From assembly GCA_977017575.1 (NCBI GenBank), contig CDRNVI010000053.1, positions 1 to 64,000 on the forward strand: a stretch of DNA of 64,000 nucleotides, in the 5' to 3' direction. Shown piece by piece: positions 52,207-62,431 of this stretch. Under the pieces are notes generated by a model. That model did no database searches. It had not been told where the DNA came from and saw nothing but the letters and a program-made list of their open reading frames with translations. The number at the start of each line of letters is the position of its first letter. The stretch's first letter is position 1. Position numbers and translations under genes: made by a program. Source of the stretch: Paramoeba atlantica. Its lineage: Eukaryota; Protista; Discosea.

Positions 52207-53055
52207 ATGTCACCCTTTTTGAGAGCTGTAGCGAGTACAAGCATATCTTCTCTTGTGACCTCCTCTAGACACCGATCCACCTTTCTGTTATATCAGAGCG
52301 GCTTGAGACATCAGTCCAGTACCAGCGCAGAAATTACGAATGTCGAAGAAAGTGATAAAGATGATCTGAACCCAATGTCAGAAAATGCAAACGGCGTGTT
52401 GCAGATCTCGCGCTTTGATCCGTCGTGCAACACTCAGAAACTTGACAGTTATTCTTTCAAGAAGACAAATGACTTTATGGTACTCGATCTATTAGTCGCG
52501 GTAAAAGCTCACCAAGACCCAAGCCTAGCCTTTCGAGCTTCATGCTGCGAGGGGGTATGTGGTAGTTGTGCAATGAATATAAATGGTGTAAACTCACTTG
52601 CCTGTGTTACTTATGCCCAGAAACACACAGTTGTTGGACCACTGCCGAACATGCCTGTAATAAAAGATTTGGTGGTAGATTTCAAGCTATTCTTTGGCCA
52701 ATACTCCTTTATTCGTCCCTATATACGGAACCTCAACTTGGACCGATACCATATTCAGTCGATATACAAGCGATATAATGAAATGATGAGCACAAGTCGC
52801 ACAAGACCCGCAATAACCAACGATAACGATGGATCCATCTTATTCCACAATGTGCCCGACAAACGCGGTACTTACTTGCGCCTGATTGACCGGTTAATTG
52901 CACAACAAGAAGTAAAAAAGGTTCTTATTATACTTTTGAAAATGAGACAAGAAGGTTTGAATTTAAGCAAAGGCGAAGAGGCAGAACTGTTGCGTGCCGC
53001 TGCGACACCTGTAGAGCTTGCTGAGACATCTGAGAATATGATCAACAAAGAATAA
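52207..53055 (+). CDS. SDH2N: Succinate dehydrogenase Fe-S subunit, N-terminal half only (SDH2N)
   Basis: ISRFDP, MVLDLL, SLAFRASCCEGVCGSCAMNINGVNSLAC, PLPNMPVIKDLVVD. The C-terminal CxxCxxCxxxCP cluster motifs are absent. Confidence 0.93.
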   Translation: MSPFLRAVASTSISSLVTSSRHRSTFLLYQSGLRHQSSTSAEITNVEESDKDDLNPMSENANGVLQISRFDPSCNTQKLDSYSFKKTNDFMVLDLLVAVKAHQDPSLAFRASCCEGVCGSCAMNINGVNSLACVTYAQKHTVVGPLPNMPVIKDLVVDFKLFFGQYSFIRPYIRNLNLDRYHIQSIYKRYNEMMSTSRTRPAITNDNDGSILFHNVPDKRGTYLRLIDRLIAQQEVKKVLIILLKMRQEGLNLSKGEEAELLRAAATPVELAETSENMINKE

Positions 53056-53542
53056 TGCTGTTCCTTTTGCATAACCTCTTTAAAGCCGTCCAAGGGAAAC
53101 GTCACATACTATTTAAATAAAAAAGTCAAGCATGTAAAGTTACTTCTATGAGCCCCGTAACAAAAGCGTTTCCCATACAAACTTTAGTACCACTTATGCC
53201 GAATAAGAATAGTGCTTGGCATTTTTAGTAAAATAGCACCCCTTATTACTCGTATTCGTATTATAAAAAATGCCTTTCTAAAAAGCTATAGCACAATAAT
53301 TTTACTGAATCTCTGACACAGCCAACTTTTGAAAAAGACCAAAATACCAGAAATAATGACCAGCAATGCGCACGAGATAAAAAAAGAAAAACGTTCGGAA
53401 ACGAAAATATAGAACTTCACATGAATATTCACCGTCGTCTTGAGATGTTGATTACCCCCTTTTAACCTCTTTATCACTACCGTAACATGCACTCTTCAAC
53501 ACAACACTACCTCCCTTACTCACTTCTTTAACTCCCCCCCGG

Positions 53543-54685
53543 ATGGCACCCCCCACTTCCCTCTCCGCTATCTCCAACGATTGTCCCTACTGCGCCGAGA
53601 ACCCCTACGCAACCCGTGACGAGCCCTTTCCCCCCCTCGCGCGCCAACACTACCCGAGCCGCTGGTCTTTCTACCGCGACGCACTCCGGTCCCCCCGCTA
53701 CGTCCTGGCCCCCATGGTGGACCAGAGCGCATTAGCGTTTCGCATGCTGTGCCGGTCCTACGGCGCCGAGCTGTGCTACACCCCGATGTTCCACAGTGCG
53801 CAGTTTTCCCACAGTGAGGTCTACCGCCGACGTGAGTTCACGACGTGTGAAGGGGACCGACCGCTGGTGGTTCAGTTCTGTGGGAACTCCCCAACGACCG
53901 TGCTGTCCGCGGCACAGTATGTTGAGAACCACTGTGATGCGGTGGACTTGAATTTAGGGTGTCCTCAAGGGATTGCACGACGTGGACACTATGGGAGTTT
54001 TCTAATGGAGGATTGGGCGTTGATTCATAGGATTATTCACACGCTTGCGGTGGAGTTGAGGGTTCCGGTGACGGCGAAGATTAGGGTTTACCCGGATGTG
54101 GAGAAAACAGTCGCGTATGCTCGGATGGTGGTAGAGGCGGGGGCGTGGATGCTGGCCGTGCATGGAAGAACGCGAGAGATGAAAGGAGCACAGACAAGCC
54201 TTGCGGATTGGGAGCAAATTCGAGCCATTCGAGAGGCATTGCCGTACGTTCCCGTCCTGGCGAATGGTAATATTTTAACTGGAGACGATGTGGAACATTG
54301 TCTACGCGCGACCGGATGTGCAGGCATATTGTCTGCGGAAGGTCTGTTGTACGATCCCCGACTTTTTTTAAAACCCACTGGTCAAATCTTGTACAACGGT
54401 AGGTATAAAAAACTATTGCCTCTTGACGTGTGCTTGATTGATACAGTAGAAGATGTTGTACGGCGTTACCTAGAGTACAGTCAAAGGTACGGAGCTGTTG
54501 CCTCGCACGTGAAAGCACATTTGTTTAAACTTTTGTTTCACCTCTTTGCTCACTACCCAGAGCTGCGCGTGAAACTGGGGGATAGTTGTGGAAATTCTAT
54601 TGACACGCTACCCAACTGTGCGGCAAACATCATAGCTCAGGCTAGATCAAATTTTCTGCTTCAAAGTAGTAATATATTATCGTAG
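53543..54685 (+). CDS. DUS1: tRNA-dihydrouridine synthase (Dus1-like)
   Basis: VLAPMVDQSALAFRMLCR, LCYTPM, PLVVQFCGN, VDLNLGCPQGIARRGHYG, VHGRTR, ANGNI, SAEGLL. Confidence 0.93.
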   Translation: MAPPTSLSAISNDCPYCAENPYATRDEPFPPLARQHYPSRWSFYRDALRSPRYVLAPMVDQSALAFRMLCRSYGAELCYTPMFHSAQFSHSEVYRRREFTTCEGDRPLVVQFCGNSPTTVLSAAQYVENHCDAVDLNLGCPQGIARRGHYGSFLMEDWALIHRIIHTLAVELRVPVTAKIRVYPDVEKTVAYARMVVEAGAWMLAVHGRTREMKGAQTSLADWEQIRAIREALPYVPVLANGNILTGDDVEHCLRATGCAGILSAEGLLYDPRLFLKPTGQILYNGRYKKLLPLDVCLIDTVEDVVRRYLEYSQRYGAVASHVKAHLFKLLFHLFAHYPELRVKLGDSCGNSIDTLPNCAANIIAQARSNFLLQSSNILS

Positions 54686-54870
54686 ACGCTCTAACACCCT
54701 ACTGTGATGATCTACAGCAGGAGACCACATTTTGACCATATTGTTTTTGGCAAATAAATTTTGGTCTCATTTCTTGAATTAATTAGTCAGAATTAAAAGA
54801 AAACATATTTCATCTTGAATATGATACATGACAGATATCCACAAAAATCTTATAGAAGTACTTGCTTTTT

Positions 54871-56718
54871 ATGCCCACCCTCACTTGCATCCGCTCATAT
54901 CTATTTGAGCTTCTTGGAAAAACATTTTCTGACGTAGAATTCGCCGACATCTGCTTTCGCTTCGGTGTGGAACTCGATGAGATAACTACCCCAGAAGAAA
55001 TGAAAGCGAAAGAGATGGGAGAGAAGATTGCTCGCACGAGCGACTTCTCTGCTGAAAATAACGATATCATTTTTAAGATCGATTGTCCCGCGAATCGGCA
55101 TGACCTCCTAAGTGTCGAAGGCATGGCTGTTGCACTAAAAGTTTTTCTAGGTCTCATTCCAACGCCATGTCATCGATTAATCCGCCCTTCTTCCTTGGTT
55201 ACTGTCCACGTTATGCGTTCTGTGAAGCATGTTCGGGAGTTCATATCGTGCGCAATTTTGCGAGAGCTTAATTTTACGACCACTTCCTTAGCATCTTTCA
55301 TAGACTTTCAGGATAAACTTCACCAAAGTTTGGCACGTCGACGAAGTTTAGCCTCAGTTGGAACACATGACCTCTCCAAAATACGTCCTCCATTTTTCTA
55401 CGATGCACAGCCGAGAAATGTGATCCAGTTCGTCCCATTGAAGCAGAGCACCACATTGAGTTGCGCCGAAAACGGACTTGCAGAATATTACAAGGATGAC
55501 AAATTTATATCGAAGTACGTATCTCTGCTTTCCCCGTTCCCAAATTACCCGATAGTCAGAGATTCCGTTCCGAAAGTGCTTTCCCTCCCCCCCATAATAA
55601 ATTCGGCTTACAGCGCAATCTCTCTTTCCACTCGGGATGTCTTTATTGAGTGCACAGGAGTAGACAAGAAAAAAACAGACAATCTACTTCAACTGCTGGT
55701 AGCCTCCTTTTCAATGTATTGTAAGGATCCCTTTACCATTGAACCAGTTGAACTGAAGTACGAAGACGGGAGAAAATCTGAGCTTACCCCTAGCCTTGGA
55801 AGTAGAAGCATGACGTGCAGCACAAGTAGACTTGCGACGCAAATAGGCCTTTTTCACGAAGAGCTCACTCCTTCAATCTGTGCATCACTGCTTCGTAAAA
55901 TGCAAATCGAAGCCGATCCGAGTTCAAATGACGATCTACTGGAAGTGCAAGTACCTATACAGCGACCGGATATTCTGCACGAGTGTGACATTATGGAAGA
56001 CGTTGCGATTGCTTTTGGATATGATAAACTTGTGCAACGGGATCCGATTGTTCCTACTTTGAGCTCAGGAACGCAAAACAGACTGGAAAAACTATCTCAC
56101 TTACTTCGTCTCGAAATCGCTACCTGTGGCTACAGCGAGATTCTGACTACCAGTCTCTGCAGTCGTGACGAGACATCCCGAATGTTGCGCCGCAAAGAGG
56201 ACAACTCGGCGGTACAAATCGCAAATCCTAAAACGCATGATTATCAAATTTGTCGGACTTCTCTACTTCCAGGAACATTACGTTTCTTAATGCATAATTT
56301 ACACCATGCACTTCCAATACAGTTATTTGAGGTCACTGACGTGGTTTTGAAGGATGTGACCGCTCGCACGGGAGCCCGGAACAAAAGACATGTCGCGGCT
56401 TTATGTTGCACGGCCGATCGCAGTGCTTTTCATTGTTTACGTGGGGTACTTGAACACATAATGGAAAAGTTGGAGGTCCCAAAGCTCAATGTTGTGAAAT
56501 CAGACGATCAAGATTTCTTTTTACCTGGACGAGGGGCTGATATCGTAATTAACACGCGGAAAGATTCTTCTATGCAGAACATTGGATGTATCGGCGTATT
56601 ACATCCCGAGGTCCTAAGCAATTTTGATATTTCATATCCCGTAACGTACATGGAATTTACTATAGAGCCATTTGTTTCTGATTCTGGTGTGTCAGAAAAT
56701 GAAATTACAGAAAACTAG
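54871..56718 (+). CDS. FARSB: Phenylalanine--tRNA ligase beta subunit (cytosolic type)
   Basis: MPTL start, FGVELD, PANRHDLLSVEG, IDFQDKLHQ, SVGTHDL, LSLPPIINS, RPDILHECDIMEDVAIAFGY, RTSLLPG, IGVLHPEVL. Confidence 0.96.
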   Translation: MPTLTCIRSYLFELLGKTFSDVEFADICFRFGVELDEITTPEEMKAKEMGEKIARTSDFSAENNDIIFKIDCPANRHDLLSVEGMAVALKVFLGLIPTPCHRLIRPSSLVTVHVMRSVKHVREFISCAILRELNFTTTSLASFIDFQDKLHQSLARRRSLASVGTHDLSKIRPPFFYDAQPRNVIQFVPLKQSTTLSCAENGLAEYYKDDKFISKYVSLLSPFPNYPIVRDSVPKVLSLPPIINSAYSAISLSTRDVFIECTGVDKKKTDNLLQLLVASFSMYCKDPFTIEPVELKYEDGRKSELTPSLGSRSMTCSTSRLATQIGLFHEELTPSICASLLRKMQIEADPSSNDDLLEVQVPIQRPDILHECDIMEDVAIAFGYDKLVQRDPIVPTLSSGTQNRLEKLSHLLRLEIATCGYSEILTTSLCSRDETSRMLRRKEDNSAVQIANPKTHDYQICRTSLLPGTLRFLMHNLHHALPIQLFEVTDVVLKDVTARTGARNKRHVAALCCTADRSAFHCLRGVLEHIMEKLEVPKLNVVKSDDQDFFLPGRGADIVINTRKDSSMQNIGCIGVLHPEVLSNFDISYPVTYMEFTIEPFVSDSGVSENEITEN

Positions 56719-56946
56719 CTTTTAGTTTTCACGAGCATTAATGGGTGGGCGTCTCTTTCGCTATAAACATTTATCCTCGGGACTAGTTCGTTATCGATTT
56801 CACCACTTTTATTGCTTCAATATTATTTTTTACAGCTATAAAAATCATAAGTCTACTCAGTCGTCGATAGCTACAGTTATAGCTACAGTTCTACTTTAGG
56901 TGATACACTTTAGCTTTTACACCAGCTATATCATACTCAACGAGCA

Positions 56947-57357
56947 ATGGTCACCATAAGCCGTCGCAAGCAAAGAAAAGCCCACTTCACTGCCCCCAGC
57001 CACGAACGACGTATTCGTATGAGTGCCCCATTGTCCAAGGAGCTGCGAGCCAAATATGGAGTACGATCAATGCCTGTCCGCCGTGATGACGAGGTCAAAG
57101 TAAAGCGAGGACAATCCAAAGGACGAGAAGGGAAGATTACTCAAGTGTATCGTTTGAAATGGGTTATTCACGTGGACAAGCTTAATCGGGAAAAAGCGAA
57201 CGGTACGTCAGTGCCTCTTGGAATTAACGCATCTAATGTTGAAATAATAAAGCTTAAGCTAACGAAAGACCGCAGGCGCATTTTGGAGCGTAAGGCTCAA
57301 CACCGTAGTAAGGATGAAGTTATTAAGTCCGACACGAAAATGAAGGAAATAGACTAA
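56947..57357 (+). CDS. RPL26: 60S ribosomal protein L26 (uL24)
   Basis: [46 protein letters not shown]. Confidence 0.98.
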   Translation: MVTISRRKQRKAHFTAPSHERRIRMSAPLSKELRAKYGVRSMPVRRDDEVKVKRGQSKGREGKITQVYRLKWVIHVDKLNREKANGTSVPLGINASNVEIIKLKLTKDRRRILERKAQHRSKDEVIKSDTKMKEID

Positions 57358-57683
57358 GAAAGTCATGTTTTCACGAAAGAAAGTGTAAGTATTGAATCCT
57401 GTCATATTTAGAATTTATAGTTCTGTCTATAACATAAAGCGAAATAGTATAGTAAAGCATCCAAATTAACTTTACTTATTGATGTTATCATAGTGTATTG
57501 TTATATGCGAAGACAATTGCTTTGCATAAGAAAATCTCAAAAAAATATCCTTTGTTTCAAAATTAGATTACAAAAATGTGCTGCAGTAACAAACGAGAGA
57601 GCGTACTACAATCAATATTACATCCAACTCAGAGTACCCTGATGCGCTCTTAGTTATCCTCCGCGTTGTCATTGCTGTAGGGC

Positions 57684-59111
57684 ATGAGTTGTACAAACTG
57701 TTTTCAAAGAGCAGTTCTTGGACGAAGCATTGCACAAACAAAACCATCGGAGAGAGTTTATTTTTGGCAATGCCTTCGTTTCTTGCGAAAGAAAGCGAAA
57801 CCGAACCCGACCATCAGCACATCTACTAAAGCGACAGATCAAAGCAATGAAGGGAGATACAAAGGAGTAAAATCCGACTACGCTGAGAAACCATACAGTT
57901 CTGGACACCCGAAAGTACCGGGATCCCTTCGCACATCGAAAGATGCCTCTGTTCCCAATATCCAGAATTCATCGTCATCCACGCCGTCATTAATCGACGA
58001 TGAGAAGCGCATCAAAACTATACCAAAGCAAACTGTATTTCTAGATCTCAATGCGGCTGATATTCCAACAGCGACCTCCGATGAAAGACCCAATGAGCAG
58101 GGAAGGACTCCTGACCTTGAATCGCGCAATGGCCTAGCATTGTCAATCTATCGTGCGTGTAGGGCTACTCGCGAGTCCATGAGGAAACGATGCACTGAAG
58201 AACATCCTATTCAGGACTGCGTCTTTGGTGGTGAAGAGGGAATATACAAAGTTTGGGCCCACTACGGAATTCGCCCGCATGCTCTATTCGCAGCGTCGGA
58301 TATTCATCTTCCCAGGTGGTGCCGCGAGAATTCCCAACCCACTTACGTAATTCGCTCCCCGCTACCGCTTATCAACCGCATGTTACACGCGAAGCTGAAC
58401 GACAGTTTCGCGGCTCACTTTCCTGCACCTAAACGCATGCGCAAAGACGTCTTATTTTCTCGTGAGGTCATATCTTCTCCTGGTCGCATTCTCGCCCTCC
58501 ATGGTATGCAAATACCATCAAACCTTGGGGCGTTGCTCAAATATGCAGTAACCATTGGCTTTCATACGGTAATCCTTATGGATTGTGTCTCCCTGCTCAA
58601 TGAAAAAGTGCTACGAGCCGCAGAAGGAGCTCATTACCACCCCCACGCCGTGTTTGTTGAAATTCCATCCCAGGATCCGCGCAAAGCCGCTGAACTCCTC
58701 GAAGACGTTGCCATTGCACAGCGCTTGGTTCCCTGCGTGACACTTCCCGCAGCCGAGACGACGCCCATTACCGAGTTTGCTCGTTCGCTTTATTGGTACA
58801 ACCAACAGCGACGGCAACCGTTCGAGTCCCCGCAGCCGCTGGAGAACTACGGAGCTCTGGTGGTTCTGGGTGGGGAGCACCATGGGCTACGTGCGATGTG
58901 TAGTCACTGGAAGAGGATTCGTCCACAGTATGTCTCGGTTACCATGGACCACTGTTTGGTGGAGAGCCTGAATGTCGTCTCAGCGGGAGCGATTCTCATG
59001 CACGCGCTGCGCCACAGTGCGGATAAGGACCACGAGCGGGATCTTGCGCATGGGATATCCTTTGGGGAGGACAAACTTGTGAAATCGTCGTTTGTCCTGC
59101 CGGAGCGATGA
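57684..59111 (+). CDS. SpoU/TrmH-family RNA 2'-O-methyltransferase (MRM3-like, probably mitochondrial)
   Basis: LHGMQIPSNLGALLK, NEKVLRAAEGA, LVVLGGEHHGL, VESLNVVSAGAILM. Confidence 0.88.
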   Translation: MSCTNCFQRAVLGRSIAQTKPSERVYFWQCLRFLRKKAKPNPTISTSTKATDQSNEGRYKGVKSDYAEKPYSSGHPKVPGSLRTSKDASVPNIQNSSSSTPSLIDDEKRIKTIPKQTVFLDLNAADIPTATSDERPNEQGRTPDLESRNGLALSIYRACRATRESMRKRCTEEHPIQDCVFGGEEGIYKVWAHYGIRPHALFAASDIHLPRWCRENSQPTYVIRSPLPLINRMLHAKLNDSFAAHFPAPKRMRKDVLFSREVISSPGRILALHGMQIPSNLGALLKYAVTIGFHTVILMDCVSLLNEKVLRAAEGAHYHPHAVFVEIPSQDPRKAAELLEDVAIAQRLVPCVTLPAAETTPITEFARSLYWYNQQRRQPFESPQPLENYGALVVLGGEHHGLRAMCSHWKRIRPQYVSVTMDHCLVESLNVVSAGAILMHALRHSADKDHERDLAHGISFGEDKLVKSSFVLPER

Positions 59112-59469
59112 GGATGGATCTTTCATAATTTCAACATAATTCTGTTTATGTACCTTGTATATCTCGTTTACTTCGGTATTTACGTTTTGGAATTTTTTAT
59201 GGGATGGTGCGATGTCGATATGCATTAAATGGCACTCCGCTTGACTCAAGATGAGTACAATTATTGTAAAAGGCAGGAAATTTTCGTGAGGAAGGTACTA
59301 CCTCTGCACTTATGTTCGTACCTCGTTATTTTACCGTATTTATACGAAACGCCCGAAACGAGAAGAGCTGCTTTGGCGCACAAAAATCTAAAGGGACGAG
59401 AACAAAAATGATGATATCGTACATACTATTATTATACTTTATAGTAATGTGTGAGGTTCTATTTTAATA

Positions 59470-60744
59470 ATGCTAATTTTGCGGAACCTACTTTTTTACC
59501 ATACCGGGAGAATGAGGCGGCTGTGTTCAGGTAGCTCTATACACTTTGCTCAAAATCAGCGCCATTTTAGCGTTCACGAGTATAGTGCAAAGCACTTACT
59601 GCGGTCGGCAGGCTGTAACGTTGAGAAGGGAGTTATGTGTGAATCAGTTGCCGATATCCCAAAAGTGTGGAAGGATATTCCTTCGGAGGTGAAGGTTGTG
59701 AAAGCTCAAATCCTTGCCGGGGGTCGTGGAAAGGGCACTTTTACCAGTGGATTTCAGGGAGGTGTGCACATGTGTACTACCTTAGAGAGCGCAATCGAAG
59801 TAGCCACAAAAATGCTAGGCGGAACGCTCGTTACGAAACAGACGGGAGCGAGTGGTATGCAAGTACGGAAACTGTATATTGCTGAGTGCTTGCCTGAAAT
59901 TAAGAAAGAGTACTACTTAGCCATTTTGCTAGATCGGCCCTCCGGTGGACCTGTATTCGTTGCATCATCAGAAGGGGGAATGGATATAGAGGAAGTTGCG
60001 CGTTCGTTTCCGGAAAAGATTCATAAAATGCCAGTAAATATCCTGAAGGGCATATCGCTTGATGCAACGAAAGAATTTGCCTTTGCACTTGGCATGGGTC
60101 CCGGTGCTGCCGAAGAAATTGTAAAACTGTACGATTTTGCAAAATCTAAAGATGCTCTTATGGTCGAAATTAACCCATTCGCACAGCTTAATGATGGCTC
60201 TTTCATGTGTATTGATGCAAAAATAAATTTTGATGATAATGCAGATTTTCGTCAAGCAGAGGTCATGCTACATGAAGATATGGATGCTAAGGATCCTCGA
60301 GAAGTCGAAGCAGCGAAATGGAAACTCAATTACGTGGCCTTAGATGGCAACGTCGGCTGCTTGGTAAATGGTGCTGGACTGGCGATGGCAACAATGGACG
60401 TCATATCCCTTTATGGCGGAAGTCCAGCTAATTTTCTTGATGTGGGCGGAAGTGCCTCCACTCAACAAGTTGCAAGTGCGTTGTCTATCATTCAACAGGA
60501 CCGAAAAGTGCGCGGCGTACTGGTAAACATTTTTGGCGGTATAATGAAATGTGACACTATCGCCCGGGGCGTGATTGAAGCGTGTCATGCATCCAGTTGT
60601 AAGGTGCCACTTGTCGTTCGACTGTCAGGGACGAACTCAGACGAAGGAAAGAATTTGTTGCGAGAAAGCGGTCTGAGCATTCATCCGGCTTCCGATTTGG
60701 ACGAGGCTGCACAAAAGATGATGTCATTGATCAGTAGCAAGTAA
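59470..60744 (+). CDS. Succinyl-CoA ligase beta subunit, mitochondrial
   Basis: SVHEYSAK, VVKAQILAGGRGKG, SSEGGMDIEEVA, EINP, DAKINFDDNA, GCLVNGAGLAMATMD, NFLDVGG, VNIFGGI. Confidence 0.97.
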   Translation: MLILRNLLFYHTGRMRRLCSGSSIHFAQNQRHFSVHEYSAKHLLRSAGCNVEKGVMCESVADIPKVWKDIPSEVKVVKAQILAGGRGKGTFTSGFQGGVHMCTTLESAIEVATKMLGGTLVTKQTGASGMQVRKLYIAECLPEIKKEYYLAILLDRPSGGPVFVASSEGGMDIEEVARSFPEKIHKMPVNILKGISLDATKEFAFALGMGPGAAEEIVKLYDFAKSKDALMVEINPFAQLNDGSFMCIDAKINFDDNADFRQAEVMLHEDMDAKDPREVEAAKWKLNYVALDGNVGCLVNGAGLAMATMDVISLYGGSPANFLDVGGSASTQQVASALSIIQQDRKVRGVLVNIFGGIMKCDTIARGVIEACHASSCKVPLVVRLSGTNSDEGKNLLRESGLSIHPASDLDEAAQKMMSLISSK

Positions 60745-61198
60745 AACCGCGTCCGATAGGCGGTTTGACATGTCAAGTAGCTACATGTATCTCATTCAGC
60801 AACCGTACAAATATTTCTATGTCGATATTTAAGTGAGAGGAAGGTATCGGACCGATAAAATAAGAAGAGACTTTAGGGATCTTGTGTTTTTAATACCTTA
60901 GATTTTTCAAAGTGGGCTCGCTATTTTTACCTACTCTTTTGATGTACTTGACCCCCTTTTACGGTAACAGGTTTGGATGGAATACAGAAACAAAATTTAT
61001 TTCCTTTACTTCTGCCTACAATAAGGTCACGTAAAAAAGGCATTCACTACTTCAAGTAGTTTTCGGAATATAAAATGCTTGCTCTTTTTTTGTATTCTCA
61101 TCCAATGCTGGAAAAAGAGAAGTGTGAGAGCTAAAATTTTCTTGAACGCTTAAGAATGTCAATGATTCCAACCGAACGATGTGCTTTTCTATTCTTCC

Positions 61199-62431
61199 AT
61201 GTCACAATTCGATACTCAGTTCCACGCAGTTTATCTTTTGACCTCAGCGGATCCCGCAAAGTCAACTTTGACGTATATTGGGTATACCGTTAATCCTGAA
61301 CGCCGCCTTCGACAGCATAATGGGGAGATCACAGCTGGTGCTTTTCGTACGCAAAAGGTTGGAAGGCCTTGGCGCATGGAACTCTGTATATTTGGATTTC
61401 CTAACAAACATGTTGCACTTCAGTTTGAATGGAATTGGCAGCATCCTCATCTTTCCTGCGGGCTACTTCGCGCTAAATGTCAAGAGATGAAAGGCAATGT
61501 GGGGCAACGTTGGGCGTATAAAGCTAAACTCGCCATTCTGCACGAATTGTTGCAACTTTCACCCTGGAACAAGCTTTCGATGACGATATTTTTTATTGGC
61601 CACGGAAAGGAGAGGTACGATTCTACTTTGATGCATATGCGTGGTTCCACTCCCAATAAAGTGCGGATCAAGAGGGGTAATTACTATGCAGTGCCAGAAC
61701 TCAATAAATTGATCAAAATCGCGCAGGGATCTTTTGAACAATTGCGAGCGCACATCACTGGTTTCGATTTTCTTAGCGATGATGAAAGTCATTCAGAAGA
61801 GTTCGTGCAGAATGAATTGAGTAATGACAGGCAAGGTACACCAGATTTCGTGGTGGAAGAACAGTTAAACAACCGAGATCTGAATTGTTCGCGTAAAATA
61901 TTAGAGAGTGATGGAGAAGATTTCTTTTCTCTTATAGAAGGATTAACGCAGGCACCTAAGGAAGAAGTATTTTTGTATCGCAGTGCTCAGAATAACGGGA
62001 AGAAAGCTTCCAACGTACATTGCATCTCCTCGGAAGGCATTTCTCAATGCCTTATGGCATCCGAAATGAAGGATAACATTTGCTGTTATTTTTGCTCGAC
62101 GATTGTTCCTTTCAATTGCATGTTGACCTGTGTACATCCATGTACTTTTGCGACGCATCTTTTGTGCCTATCTGACTGGTTTCAAGCTTGTCGACCCGTA
62201 AAAAAGGATAGCAATAACGTTTACGAAGAAAATTTGTATGATTATTTTGTTCCAGCGCATGCCGCACCTTGCCCGCTTTGTGGCAAAACTCGGTTTTGGA
62301 GTGAATACGTTGCCTTACTCAAAAGGAAATCAAGACGATGTGAGTCTCAACAATCGCAAGATGAAAAAACAAGTCTCAAATATCGAAAAAGCGAATTTCG
62401 AAAACGTGTCAGAGAGATGCAGAATCTGTAG
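61199..62431 (+). CDS. SLX1: Structure-specific endonuclease subunit SLX1 (GIY-YIG + C-terminal RING/PHD-like)
   Basis: VYLLTS, TYIGYTVNPERRLRQHNGEI, ALQFEWNWQHP; C-terminal CCYFC...CVHPC...HLLCL...CPLC. Confidence 0.93.
   Translation: MSQFDTQFHAVYLLTSADPAKSTLTYIGYTVNPERRLRQHNGEITAGAFRTQKVGRPWRMELCIFGFPNKHVALQFEWNWQHPHLSCGLLRAKCQEMKGNVGQRWAYKAKLAILHELLQLSPWNKLSMTIFFIGHGKERYDSTLMHMRGSTPNKVRIKRGNYYAVPELNKLIKIAQGSFEQLRAHITGFDFLSDDESHSEEFVQNELSNDRQGTPDFVVEEQLNNRDLNCSRKILESDGEDFFSLIEGLTQAPKEEVFLYRSAQNNGKKASNVHCISSEGISQCLMASEMKDNICCYFCSTIVPFNCMLTCVHPCTFATHLLCLSDWFQACRPVKKDSNNVYEENLYDYFVPAHAAPCPLCGKTRFWSEYVALLKRKSRRCESQQSQDEKTSLKYRKSEFRKRVREMQNL

Noticed and set aside
1349-60588. Numerous minus-strand and alternate-frame ORFs in the supplied track
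   Set aside because: They overlap confident + strand genes or GC-skewed low-complexity DNA and show no motifs. The transposase remnant is the only exception kept.
1197-62431. Stop-codon reassignment (Blastocrithidia-like genetic code)
   Set aside because: Conserved genes (AHCY, CCT7, SEC23, FARSB, RPL26, SCS-beta) read full length in the standard code, and TAA, TAG and TGA all act as terminators.
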